From: Rikenellaceae bacterium | GTDB lineage: Bacteria > Bacteroidota > Bacteroidia > Bacteroidales > Rikenellaceae | NCBI GenBank assembly: GCA_015059905.1 | Contig: SUZN01000002.1 | Coordinates: 65,742 to 129,741 of the forward strand | Length of the DNA stretch: 64,000 nt | Direction of reading: 5' to 3' | Shown: one piece after another, positions 45,860 through 54,831 of the stretch | How positions within the stretch are numbered: position 1 is the stretch's first letter | Layout of the letters: each line of letters opens with the position of its first letter | Program-made: the position numbers and the translations under genes | Notes under the pieces: generated by a model | Databases searched by the model: none | What the model was told of the DNA's origin: nothing | Seen by the model: only the letters and a program-made list of their open reading frames with translations

Positions 45860-47992
45860 ATGAAACGAGCGATTTACATAGCGACATTGGTGGTAGCAAT
45901 CCTGTTGGGTGTGCTGCTTCCCGACATCGCATATGCTCAAATCGATGCAGCCGCTCTGGCTCGCGCACAACGTCGTGGCGAGAATACATCGCTGGGTGGT
46001 GCCAACCCATTCGCTACGGGCGAGGAGGGGGATGGTGAGCAGGGCGACAGCACCAAGACTCGCCGCTTGCGCAAACCGCTTGAGTCTTACTATTTTAACG
46101 ACTCAATCCGTGCGCTGACCAACTTTATGTGGACGGTGGACAGGGATATGAATAACGCCAAGGTTATGCCTCTTGACACCACGTTGATGAATTGGCGAAT
46201 TGACTATCCTTACTTCCTCAAGGGTGTGGGTGATATGACTTTAGGTGGTTTGGGTCAATCTACGCTACCATTCAACTACTTTGACCGTTCTCAAAATCCT
46301 GATTTCTCATTCTCTCGTTCATACGATGCCTACACCTATCGTATGGATAACATTCCGTTCTACAACTCTAAGACTCCATATTTGCATTTTACCTATTTGG
46401 AGTCGGGTCAGAAGCGTTATAAGGAGGAGCATTTTGAGATTACAACGACCCACAACGTGTCGCCATCGACCAGCTTTAATGTGAATTACAAAGCGCGAGG
46501 CACAAAGGGTCTTTATGATTGGCAACGCACATCAAACCACAATCTCTCGGTAGCCTTTGCTCATACAGGCAAGCGTTACTCTCTGCACGCAGCATTTATC
46601 AACAACCGCATCAAGCAGCGCGAGAATGGTGGTGCAGTGGGTGTGTGGGCTGTGGCAGATACCACATATGAGCACCCCTCGGGTGTGCCAATGAAGCTGG
46701 CGGATGCCGAGGCACATAACTCATATCGCAACAATTCGTTCTTTGTCAAGCAAGCATATGTGATACCTCTGCAACGTGTTACAGATTACGACTTCTCGCT
46801 GGCTGATTTGTCAGCAATTTATGTCGGTCACGTTTTTGAATATAACGCCTGGAGTAAGTTATATACCGACCGTTACGCAAAGTTCACCAACGAACGTGGT
46901 GAGATTGATGAGAATGGCGAGTATGTACCTACCGAGGGCGAGTATTATAGGGATTGGTATATATCTCCCACAGAGTCGCGCGATTCAATCCGTGAGAGGG
47001 TAGTTTCGAACCGAATATTCATCGACGCGCAACCTTGGGACCGTGATGGTGCCGTAGGTCGTTTGGGCGGCGGTGTAGGTTTGGATATGTATGCCTATTC
47101 GCAGTTCCGCTTGGAAGATTATATCTCGGGTAAGTACAACGTCGATAAGAAGAGCGCGTGGTATGCCTATGGTGCAGTCAGCGGAAAAGTTAAGCAATTT
47201 GCCGATTGGGGAGCTGACATTAAGTTCTACCCATCAGGCTATCGTGGCGGAGACCTTTACCTCAATGCGCACATTGCGTTGCAGGCTAAAATCCGCAATC
47301 ATCCCGTTATCCTCCGAGGTGAGTTCTCGCAGACGCGACAATCAGCCTCATATTGGGAGGAGAACCTATTCTCGAACCACTTTGTGTGGTTCAACTCCTT
47401 CAGTAAGGAGAATGAGACTCGTTTCAAGGTATCGTTTGAAATTCCTGACCGAGCTCTTGAGTTGAGCTTGTGGCAGGGCGTGGTGTCGGATAAAATATAC
47501 TATGACGCCAACAGCATTGTCGCGCAGGAGAGTGATGCGATAAGCCTGACGAGTCTGTATGCTCGCAAAGATTTCCGCATTGGCGGATTTCACCTTGACC
47601 ACAGGGTATTGATGCAATGGAGCACGAATCAAGAAGTTATTCCCGTTCCACTTTGTAGTGCTTACCTCTCTTACTACTACGAATTTTGGGTAGAGAAGAA
47701 GAAGGTGTTGCGTATGCAGATTGGTATCGATGGCAGGTTTAATACCAAGTATTACGCCCCATCCTACAACCCCGCACTCGCAGAGTTCTACAACCAACGC
47801 GATTATGAGATTGGAGGTTATCCCTATCTCGATGCTTTCGTGACGGCAAAATGGAAAAGAATGCGTATCTTCCTTAAATACCAGCACGCAAACTTCGGTT
47901 TGCTGGGTAATGGCGAGTATTTCACTGTCGCTGGTTATCCTCAAAATCCTGGTATGTTTAAGATGGGTATCTCGTGGGGGTTCTATGATTAG
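45860..47992 (+). CDS. Putative outer-membrane porin (PF14121-like large beta-barrel)
   Basis: Signal peptide, 710 aa, Tyr/Phe-rich strand pattern ending ...GISWGFYD. Start refined to the ATG at 45860. Confidence 0.5.
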   Translation: MKRAIYIATLVVAILLGVLLPDIAYAQIDAAALARAQRRGENTSLGGANPFATGEEGDGEQGDSTKTRRLRKPLESYYFNDSIRALTNFMWTVDRDMNNAKVMPLDTTLMNWRIDYPYFLKGVGDMTLGGLGQSTLPFNYFDRSQNPDFSFSRSYDAYTYRMDNIPFYNSKTPYLHFTYLESGQKRYKEEHFEITTTHNVSPSTSFNVNYKARGTKGLYDWQRTSNHNLSVAFAHTGKRYSLHAAFINNRIKQRENGGAVGVWAVADTTYEHPSGVPMKLADAEAHNSYRNNSFFVKQAYVIPLQRVTDYDFSLADLSAIYVGHVFEYNAWSKLYTDRYAKFTNERGEIDENGEYVPTEGEYYRDWYISPTESRDSIRERVVSNRIFIDAQPWDRDGAVGRLGGGVGLDMYAYSQFRLEDYISGKYNVDKKSAWYAYGAVSGKVKQFADWGADIKFYPSGYRGGDLYLNAHIALQAKIRNHPVILRGEFSQTRQSASYWEENLFSNHFVWFNSFSKENETRFKVSFEIPDRALELSLWQGVVSDKIYYDANSIVAQESDAISLTSLYARKDFRIGGFHLDHRVLMQWSTNQEVIPVPLCSAYLSYYYEFWVEKKKVLRMQIGIDGRFNTKYYAPSYNPALAEFYNQRDYEIGGYPYLDAFVTAKWKRMRIFLKYQHANFGLLGNGEYFTVAGYPQNPGMFKMGISWGFYD

Positions 47993-48036
47993 CGTGTTGT
48001 AATGCACAGTGTAAGCTGCCCGCAATACAAACATTT

Positions 48037-48765
48037 ATGTCAAAAAAGACAATTATTTTTTCGATCGTTCTTATTTTAATTGGAGTAACAATTTTTGAGT
48101 CGCGCATCTTGAACGAGGAGTTGGTGCAAGCCGAGACGGTGGCAACAATTTCTGAGGCGCAGACAGAGGTAGTCGCTGTGACAGCGGCGCAGGACAGTGT
48201 AGAGGTGCAGGAGTGGGTCATATCAGTATGGGATGATATGATGCAGCGCATCAGCGAAGAGGAGGGGCAGGATTGGGTGCTTATGAGCGCCATTGCCTAC
48301 AACGAGTCACGTTTCAAGTCAAACCTTGTTTCGAAGCAGGGTGCTATTGGTTTGATGCAGGTGATGCCTATCGTTGGTAAACAGTTCAATGTGGCAAAGG
48401 AGAATATTGCCGACCCAGAGACAAACATCCGTCTGGCAAGCAAGCTCCTGAAGCAGATTGACAAGACGCTGAAGATTTCGCCCTCGGCATCTGCGGACGA
48501 TCGTATGAGTATTATTCTTGCTTGCTACAATGGCGGTATCGGACACGTTTCTGATGCACGTCGCTTAGCAAAGAGCAATGGAGAGGACTACAACTCATGG
48601 GAGGTGGTAGCACGCTACCTCCAGCAGAAGGCTGACCCAGCTGTCTATGAGAGCGAGTTGGTACGTCACGGTAAATTTACAGGTAGCCGCCAGACTGAAG
48701 CATATGTGCGTGAGGTTATGAAGCGTTACGATGTTTACCAGAAGATGATTGACAAGCAGATTTAG
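48037..48765 (+). CDS. Lytic transglycosylase (SLT domain), membrane anchored
   Basis: AIAYNESRF...GAIGLMQVMP catalytic Glu/Ser motif and AYNGG motif. Confidence 0.8.
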   Translation: MSKKTIIFSIVLILIGVTIFESRILNEELVQAETVATISEAQTEVVAVTAAQDSVEVQEWVISVWDDMMQRISEEEGQDWVLMSAIAYNESRFKSNLVSKQGAIGLMQVMPIVGKQFNVAKENIADPETNIRLASKLLKQIDKTLKISPSASADDRMSIILACYNGGIGHVSDARRLAKSNGEDYNSWEVVARYLQQKADPAVYESELVRHGKFTGSRQTEAYVREVMKRYDVYQKMIDKQI

Positions 48766-48860
48766 TTCTGCCTATGTTGCGTTGGATTTGGGCATTGTGG
48801 CCCGCGCGCTGCAAGTAGCCTAAATCACAAACGCCGAGAGAATTTTGCTCGAGCACGATT

Positions 48861-48906
48861 AAAAATCAGAGCCGCACCTTTTGGGGATGCGGCTCTGATT
48901 TTTTTG
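48861..48906. terminator. Bidirectional terminator
   Basis: 12-bp perfect stem atcagagccgca / tgcggctctgat, flanked by A5 and T8. Confidence 0.8.
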
Positions 48907-48917
48907 CGATGAAGCAA

Positions 48918-50582
48918 CTATTTCTTTGCTGACTTATTATCACGTTTGGTATAGAGGAAGCGGCGAATCTTCTTCGATGGAGTCTTCTCAAACTCCTTGT
49001 CCTCCTCAATTACTTCAGAGATGCGAGAGAAGCGGTTTACCTTTGAGTTTACATACTTCAAAACCTCTTGCTTTACCTCCTCCATTCGCTTGCTCCACTC
49101 ATCCTTCTTCTGGTTCCACTCGTCACGAGTAATCTCCCATTTTGTCATAAACTCATCCTTGAGTCTTTCGATAGCCTCGCTGTCGAAGTGAACAAGGGCA
49201 ATGAGCTGACCATCCTGCTCAGTCACAACAGACTCCGAAACAAAGACGTGAGAGTTCAATACGGTCTCAATCTCCTCGGGGTAGATGTTCTCGCCACTAG
49301 GACCCAATATCATATTCTTCAGACGACCCTTGATGAAGATGTAGCCATCCTCGTCAATATAGCCCAGGTCGCCTGTGCGGAACCAGCCATCAGCAGTGAA
49401 TACATCAGCCGTAGCCTCCTCGTTCTTGTAGTAACCCTGCATAACAGATGGAGAGTTCACAACAATCTCACCGTGACCTGTCTCTGGATTTACATTGTCA
49501 AGACGCACCTTCACACCGTTCATCTGTGGACCTGTTGCGCCGACCTTTGTCGCTGGCGAAATCTGACCTGCAACCAATGGGGCTGTCTCGGTCAAACCAT
49601 AGCCGATAGCATAAGGAATCTTTGCCTCGACCAGGAACTGCTCAACACGCTCATCGAGCTTCGCACCACCGATAAACAAACGAGCCTTGCCGCCAAATGC
49701 CTGGTTAAGTTTCTTACCTGCTATGCGATGCAGGAGCTTTCTGAAGCAACCAATGCCGTAGATTGACTTAATGAACTTGTTAGAAGTAAACTTGGCAACA
49801 ATCTGCGAATTGTAAATCTTCTCGATGATAAGTGGCACAATCAGGAAGCAGGTTGGGCGCACCTTACGCAATGCTGGCAACAGAATTGATGGGGTAGGTG
49901 GCTTCTCAAGATATGTAGTGCTTGAACCCGTTGCAAATACATAGAGCATACCGAGCGAGCACTCGTAGGTGTGCGACAGAGGCAACACCGACAACATAGA
50001 ATCCTCCACACCGATAGGATACAAGCCGTAAATCATATTGATCTGCTGCGCCAGATTGCCGTGAGTAAGCATCACACCCTTGGGCTTTGACGTTGTGCCC
50101 GATGTGTAGATGATAACCGCCAAATCCTCTGGCTTGGGTACGACTGCCTCGCCTGCACCAGTAACCATCTGCGAAACCACGCTGAAGTTCTTTGTGCGGA
50201 TGACGATGTTAAGCGATGAAACAGTCTCCTTTGGAACTTTTGTAAAGAGCTTATCCGAAACCAACAGAGCTTTTGCTTCGGAATGCTTGATAAGCATATC
50301 AATCTCTTCGCCTGTAAAATCAGGCATAATAGGCACTGCAATCATACCTGCTGTGGTAATGGCAAAGTAACATACGCCCCAGTTAGGCATACTGCTACTC
50401 AACAAAGCCACTTTATCGCCAGCCGTAACGCCTGCACCAAACAAAAGTTCCTGCACCTGCTTAACGCGGCGACCCACCTCGTTATAACTTACGTCCTCGC
50501 TACCAAGCATCGAGAAGGCTGTCTTGTCGCCAAATTTCTCAACGCTTTGATGCAAAAGATCGTAAAGAGTAGTCAAATTCAT
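48918..50582 (-). CDS. Long-chain-fatty-acid--CoA ligase (AMP-binding family)
   Basis: AMP-binding motif IIYTSGTTSKPKGVMLTH, plus GYGLTE and TGDLG motifs. Start refined to the ATG at 50582. Confidence 0.85.
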   Translation of the reverse strand: MNLTTLYDLLHQSVEKFGDKTAFSMLGSEDVSYNEVGRRVKQVQELLFGAGVTAGDKVALLSSSMPNWGVCYFAITTAGMIAVPIMPDFTGEEIDMLIKHSEAKALLVSDKLFTKVPKETVSSLNIVIRTKNFSVVSQMVTGAGEAVVPKPEDLAVIIYTSGTTSKPKGVMLTHGNLAQQINMIYGLYPIGVEDSMLSVLPLSHTYECSLGMLYVFATGSSTTYLEKPPTPSILLPALRKVRPTCFLIVPLIIEKIYNSQIVAKFTSNKFIKSIYGIGCFRKLLHRIAGKKLNQAFGGKARLFIGGAKLDERVEQFLVEAKIPYAIGYGLTETAPLVAGQISPATKVGATGPQMNGVKVRLDNVNPETGHGEIVVNSPSVMQGYYKNEEATADVFTADGWFRTGDLGYIDEDGYIFIKGRLKNMILGPSGENIYPEEIETVLNSHVFVSESVVTEQDGQLIALVHFDSEAIERLKDEFMTKWEITRDEWNQKKDEWSKRMEEVKQEVLKYVNSKVNRFSRISEVIEEDKEFEKTPSKKIRRFLYTKRDNKSAKK

Positions 50583-50661
50583 AACAAAAAAGGTTATATT
50601 AGTAATAATTTGTGACGAAGATAATAAAAAAATATTAAATTTCACTAATTTTGTGTTGAAA

Positions 50662-51576
50662 ATGGTAATTATCAAAGCAAAACATATTAAAAATGCAGCT
50701 TTTAGGGCAGGCTTTGACCTTTGCGGCATAGCCAAGTGCAGTGAGTTCGCAAAAAACCGAGCAGCCTTTACGGATTGGCTGGCGAAGGGTTATGACTCAT
50801 CGCTTGAGTATATGCGCCGCAATGTAGAGGTGCGTTTTGATGTGGAGCAGCTGGTAGAGGGCGCTCGTACGGTAGTGGTGTGTGCCGTAAGCTACAAGTC
50901 CGACATAAGTGGGGGATATGGTGCTGATGACAAATGCAAAATCGCCTCCTATGCCTGCAACCGAGATTACCACAAGACATTAAAGAAGATGCTCAAGGGC
51001 GTACTGCGAGAGTTGCAGGATATTTACCCTGCGATTGAAGGACGTGCCTTTGTTGATTCTGCCCCTCTGCTTGAAAAGCAATATGCTGTGGAGGCGGGTC
51101 TGGGCTGGATAGGGCGGCAGTCGTTGCTTGTAACGCCCGAGTATGGCAGTTATGTCTTGCTTGGAGAGTTGGTGCTCAACGCCGAGACGGATGAGTATAA
51201 CAAACCTATGGAGTCAGCAGGATGTGGTGAGTGCCGCCGTTGCATAGATGCCTGCCCAACGGGAGCGATTGTTGAGCCAATGGTAATCAACACCTCGCGT
51301 TGTATATCGTGTCACACCATAGAGTCACAGCCTGCGGCAGATGTAACGCTCAACGGCTGGATATTTGGTTGTGACGAGTGTCAAAACATCTGTCCATATA
51401 ACAAAAAGGCGAAGCCACACAGCTCCGCCGCATTTAATCCTCTGTTTGACCCTCGCGAGATTAGCCCCAAAGAGTGGCTTGCGATGAGCGAGGAGGAGTT
51501 CTCCGCCCGTTTTGGCTCAACACCGCTAAAGCGTAGCGGTCTGGAACGAATAAAGGAGAACATCAACCGAGGTTAG
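50662..51576 (+). CDS. queG: tRNA epoxyqueuosine(34) reductase
   Basis: 4Fe-4S motifs CGECRRCIDACPTGAI and CISCHTIE, and CDECQNICPYN. Confidence 0.85.
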   Translation: MVIIKAKHIKNAAFRAGFDLCGIAKCSEFAKNRAAFTDWLAKGYDSSLEYMRRNVEVRFDVEQLVEGARTVVVCAVSYKSDISGGYGADDKCKIASYACNRDYHKTLKKMLKGVLRELQDIYPAIEGRAFVDSAPLLEKQYAVEAGLGWIGRQSLLVTPEYGSYVLLGELVLNAETDEYNKPMESAGCGECRRCIDACPTGAIVEPMVINTSRCISCHTIESQPAADVTLNGWIFGCDECQNICPYNKKAKPHSSAAFNPLFDPREISPKEWLAMSEEEFSARFGSTPLKRSGLERIKENINRG

Positions 51577-52427
51577 TCTATAAACTCGCCAAAGAGATTT
51601 ATATGTTTGTATCCATCCTCTGTCTGCACCATAGCACAACCAGCGGAGAATGGAAAGGCATTCTCAAACTGAAGCTCAATAACGAATTCCCCCAAATGGT
51701 TGATATAGCCCCACTTGTCGGCAACACTTACAGCCGCCAAGCCTTCGCTAAATGGTAATGCTTCATCATATCTCGGCTCCACAGCCCACTCGCCCGCGTG
51801 ATTGATATAACCGCAGCGACCATCACACTTGACCAAAGCAACCCCTTCGGTGAAATCCCACGCATCATCATAAAGGCAGGGTATCGCCAGCTCCTCGCGG
51901 CGATTGATAAAGCCCCATTTCTCACCAATCTTCACTGCGGCTAAGCCTTCGTAAAAATCGCCATTGTCGTCATACTTGAAATCAATGACAACATTGTTGT
52001 TAAAATCGATAAATCCATATTTGCCATTCTTGCCTGCTGCCGCCACGCCACTACTGAAATTCAGACTCAAACTCTCATATTCTGCGGGGATGACCTCGTT
52101 GAAATCATAATCAAGAATACCCATCTTTCCGTCACGCTCAACAATGTAGAATGTTCGCTGGTGTGGGTCAAAATCAAAGCTCACGCAATCAAAAGGCTCG
52201 TCATAAACGATATCCAAAACGACCTCACCCGCCTTGTTGATAATGCCCCATTTATCGCCCTTACGCACCTCGATGCGCTCACCAAACCATACATTCTCAT
52301 TTATATAGTCATACTCGGCGGCAATAAGTACCTCGCCCTGTGTGTCGCGAAATCCCCACTTGCCATTCTCCTTAAAACGCACAAACTCCTCATCGGGAAG
52401 CTTCAGCAGATACTCTTGTCGTGTCAT
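51573..52427 (-). CDS. WG-repeat (KWG-type) protein, cytoplasmic
   Basis: About 7 consecutive repeats of the form GKWGF(I/R)D..GE.VI...YD....F.EG.A.V. Start refined to the ATG at 52427. Its 3' end overlaps queG by 4 nt (convergent genes). Confidence 0.8.
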   Translation of the reverse strand: MTRQEYLLKLPDEEFVRFKENGKWGFRDTQGEVLIAAEYDYINENVWFGERIEVRKGDKWGIINKAGEVVLDIVYDEPFDCVSFDFDPHQRTFYIVERDGKMGILDYDFNEVIPAEYESLSLNFSSGVAAAGKNGKYGFIDFNNNVVIDFKYDDNGDFYEGLAAVKIGEKWGFINRREELAIPCLYDDAWDFTEGVALVKCDGRCGYINHAGEWAVEPRYDEALPFSEGLAAVSVADKWGYINHLGEFVIELQFENAFPFSAGCAMVQTEDGYKHINLFGEFID

Positions 52428-52445
52428 AAGCCAAATTATTTTAGA

Positions 52446-52453
52446 CAAATATA
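52446..52453 (-). promoter_or_regulatory. -7 box (TATATTTG on the minus strand) for the WG-repeat gene
   Basis: Exact TAnnTTTG match about 18 nt upstream of the ATG at 52427, immediately after the prs terminator. Confidence 0.45.
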
Positions 52454-52455
52454 GC

Positions 52456-52491
52456 AAAAAAAGCGAGATTGCTCACGCTGAGCAACCTCGC
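52456..52491 (-). terminator. Intrinsic terminator of prs
   Basis: 13-bp stem with 12 of 13 pairs (gcgaggttgctca / tgagcaatctcgc on the minus strand), followed by T7. Confidence 0.75.
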
Positions 52492-52512
52492 TTGGTCAAA
52501 AATATAACTCTA

Positions 52513-53454
52513 CTATTTATAGAAAAGCGAGCTAATCTCCTTGTAGTTGTGAACGTGCTCGATAACCTCTGCGAAGATGTCGGCAACAGACAACACAGTA
52601 AACTTGCTCAAATCCTTCTCTGGATTCAATGGAATAGTATCGGTAACGATAACCTCCTGCAACTGGCTCTCGTTGATACGCTCGTAAGCAGCTCCAGACA
52701 ATACAGGGTGAGTGATAACGGCACGAACGCTCTTTGCTCCCTTCTCCATAAGCATATTGGCAGCCATACAGATTGTACCAGCAGTATCAATCATATCATC
52801 AACGATAATGATGTTACGACCCTCTACCTCGCCGATAGCAGTCATACTACCAACCACGTTAGCCTTTGCACGCTCCTTGTGAGAGATGATGATTGGAGCG
52901 TGAAGGTGCTTTGCGTATGAGTGAGCACGCTTTGCGCCACCCATATCAGGTGAAGCGATTGAGAGGTTCTCAATGCCGAGATTTTTGATATATGGAACGA
53001 AGATACCACTTGCATACAATGCATCAACAGGAACATCGAAGAAACCCTGAATCTGGTCTGCGTGCAAGTCCATAGTCATAATACGATCCACACCAGCAGC
53101 AACCAACAAGTTTGCAACGAGCTTTGCTCCAATTGGTACACGTGGACGATCCTTGCGGTCCTGACGAGCCCAACCGAAGTAAGGGATAACAGCGATAACC
53201 TTGTAAGCCGACGCACGACGAGCAGCGTCAATCATCATCAAAAGCTCCATCAGGTTGTCAGATGAAGGGAATGTAGATTGAATTACAAATACGGTGCAAC
53301 CACGAATTGACTCGTTGTAGTAGGGTTGGAACTCACCGTCGCTGAACTGCAACACCTCTGCGTCTCCCAACTCTGAGCCGTAGCTCTTAACGATTTTCTC
53401 TGCAAGATAACGCGATGCGCGTCCTGTGAAAAATTTAATTTTATGAACAGCCAT
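52513..53454 (-). CDS. prs: Ribose-phosphate pyrophosphokinase
   Basis: DLHADQIQGFF and the PRPP-binding loop VDDMIDTAGT. Confidence 0.92.
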   Translation of the reverse strand: MAVHKIKFFTGRASRYLAEKIVKSYGSELGDAEVLQFSDGEFQPYYNESIRGCTVFVIQSTFPSSDNLMELLMMIDAARRASAYKVIAVIPYFGWARQDRKDRPRVPIGAKLVANLLVAAGVDRIMTMDLHADQIQGFFDVPVDALYASGIFVPYIKNLGIENLSIASPDMGGAKRAHSYAKHLHAPIIISHKERAKANVVGSMTAIGEVEGRNIIIVDDMIDTAGTICMAANMLMEKGAKSVRAVITHPVLSGAAYERINESQLQEVIVTDTIPLNPEKDLSKFTVLSVADIFAEVIEHVHNYKEISSLFYK

Positions 53455-53486
53455 TTTGTTTGTATTTTAATAATTTTTAGTTTTTC

Positions 53487-54107
53487 TTACTCCACAACCT
53501 CTTCAGGCTCTACCTGCTGCTTCAGGCACTCATCAATAAAGTCAAGCACCTCCTCACGTCCAGCGCCCTTCTCGCTCGATGTGCAAATCATCGGTGGCAG
53601 CTCCTCCCACTGCTCCGAGAGAGTCTTTGAGAAACGCTCCACGCTACGCTTGAGCTGGCTCGCCGAGAGCTTGTCGGTTTTGGTGAATATAATACCAAAA
53701 GGGACACCATTCTCGCCCAACATCTCAATAAAACGCAAATCAATCGCCTGTGGCTCAAGGCGTGAATCAACCAGCACAAACAAAAAGTGCATCTTGCGGC
53801 ACTTGAGAACATAATCGAGAATAATCTTCGAAAACTCGCCACGCTGCGACTTCGACACACGCGCATAGCCATAACCTGGCAAATCAACCAGATACCAGGA
53901 GTTATTTATGCAGAAGTGATTGATTAAACGTGTCTTGCCTGGGGTAGCAGATACCTTTGCCAAGCCCTTGCGCCCAGTGAGCATATTGATAAGCGACGAC
54001 TTGCCCACATTACTACGACCAATAAAGGCAACATCACGCAAGTTATCCTTTGGAACTTGCGAGATTTTTTCCGAGCTACACTTGAATTCAGCTTTTGTGA
54101 TCTGCAT
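53487..54107 (-). CDS. engB: Ribosome biogenesis GTPase YihA/EngB
   Basis: G1 motif GRSNVGKSSLIN, G3 DLPGYG and G4 TKTDK. Start refined to the ATG at 54107. Confidence 0.88.
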   Translation of the reverse strand: MQITKAEFKCSSEKISQVPKDNLRDVAFIGRSNVGKSSLINMLTGRKGLAKVSATPGKTRLINHFCINNSWYLVDLPGYGYARVSKSQRGEFSKIILDYVLKCRKMHFLFVLVDSRLEPQAIDLRFIEMLGENGVPFGIIFTKTDKLSASQLKRSVERFSKTLSEQWEELPPMICTSSEKGAGREEVLDFIDECLKQQVEPEEVVE

Positions 54108-54144
54108 AACGCTTGTTGTGCCTAATAGGTCGCTTACTGTGTCA

Positions 54145-54152
54145 CAAAAGTA
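54145..54152 (-). promoter_or_regulatory. -7 box (TACTTTTG on the minus strand) for engB-prs
   Basis: Exact TAnnTTTG match about 38 nt upstream of the ATG at 54107. Confidence 0.4.
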
Positions 54153-54248
54153 TATAAAAAAAACCAAACAACATAATTTCACGCAGAGAATTATTCATTT
54201 CATCTCACACAATAATGGCTGCCCACTCGGAGCAGCCATTAAAATCAT

Positions 54249-54827
54249 TTATTCCTCTTTCATCATCTTGCGCCAGCGAAGGTAACCAGCCACCGCCATT
54301 GTCGAATATAGCGCGTAGAGCCCCGCCGTTAGAGGAATATCCTTATATATATAAAGTCCCACAGTCACAACATCCACCGCAAGCCAGACAAGCCACTGCT
54401 CGACATATTTGCGTGAAAGCATCCAATATGCCACAATGCAAAGCGCGGTGGTGAGTGAATCCCAGAATGGTACGCTGCTGTCGGTGAACTTTACAAGGAA
54501 GAGATAAATAGCTCCGTGCAGCAAAGCATACATACCCGCAATCGCCACCCATACGGCAAGTGGGGTAGAGCTAATCTTCAGCTCACTCTTTTCACCTCGT
54601 TTCTTTGCTCCGCGACCCCATACTATCAAGCCGTAAACTCCCGCAGCAATGTAATAGAGCTGCATAGAGAAGTCGGCATAGAGTCCCGACTGAAAATAGA
54701 GCGTACCGTGAACAATGGGCATAATCAAGCCGACAACCCATAGCCATATATTCGCCTTATACTCCAGCCACAGGTAGAGCAGACCGAGCACAACGCCCAC
54801 AATTTGAAGAGTGAGTTTTAGATCCAT
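54249..54827 (-). CDS. PnuC-family transporter, probably the thiamine-type PnuT given the riboswitch context
   Basis: 192 aa with 7 TM helices and a W-rich PnuC pattern. It starts 4 nt downstream of a TonB-dependent receptor gene that is preceded by a TPP riboswitch. Confidence 0.75.
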   Translation of the reverse strand: MDLKLTLQIVGVVLGLLYLWLEYKANIWLWVVGLIMPIVHGTLYFQSGLYADFSMQLYYIAAGVYGLIVWGRGAKKRGEKSELKISSTPLAVWVAIAGMYALLHGAIYLFLVKFTDSSVPFWDSLTTALCIVAYWMLSRKYVEQWLVWLAVDVVTVGLYIYKDIPLTAGLYALYSTMAVAGYLRWRKMMKEE

Positions 54828-54831
54828 ATCT

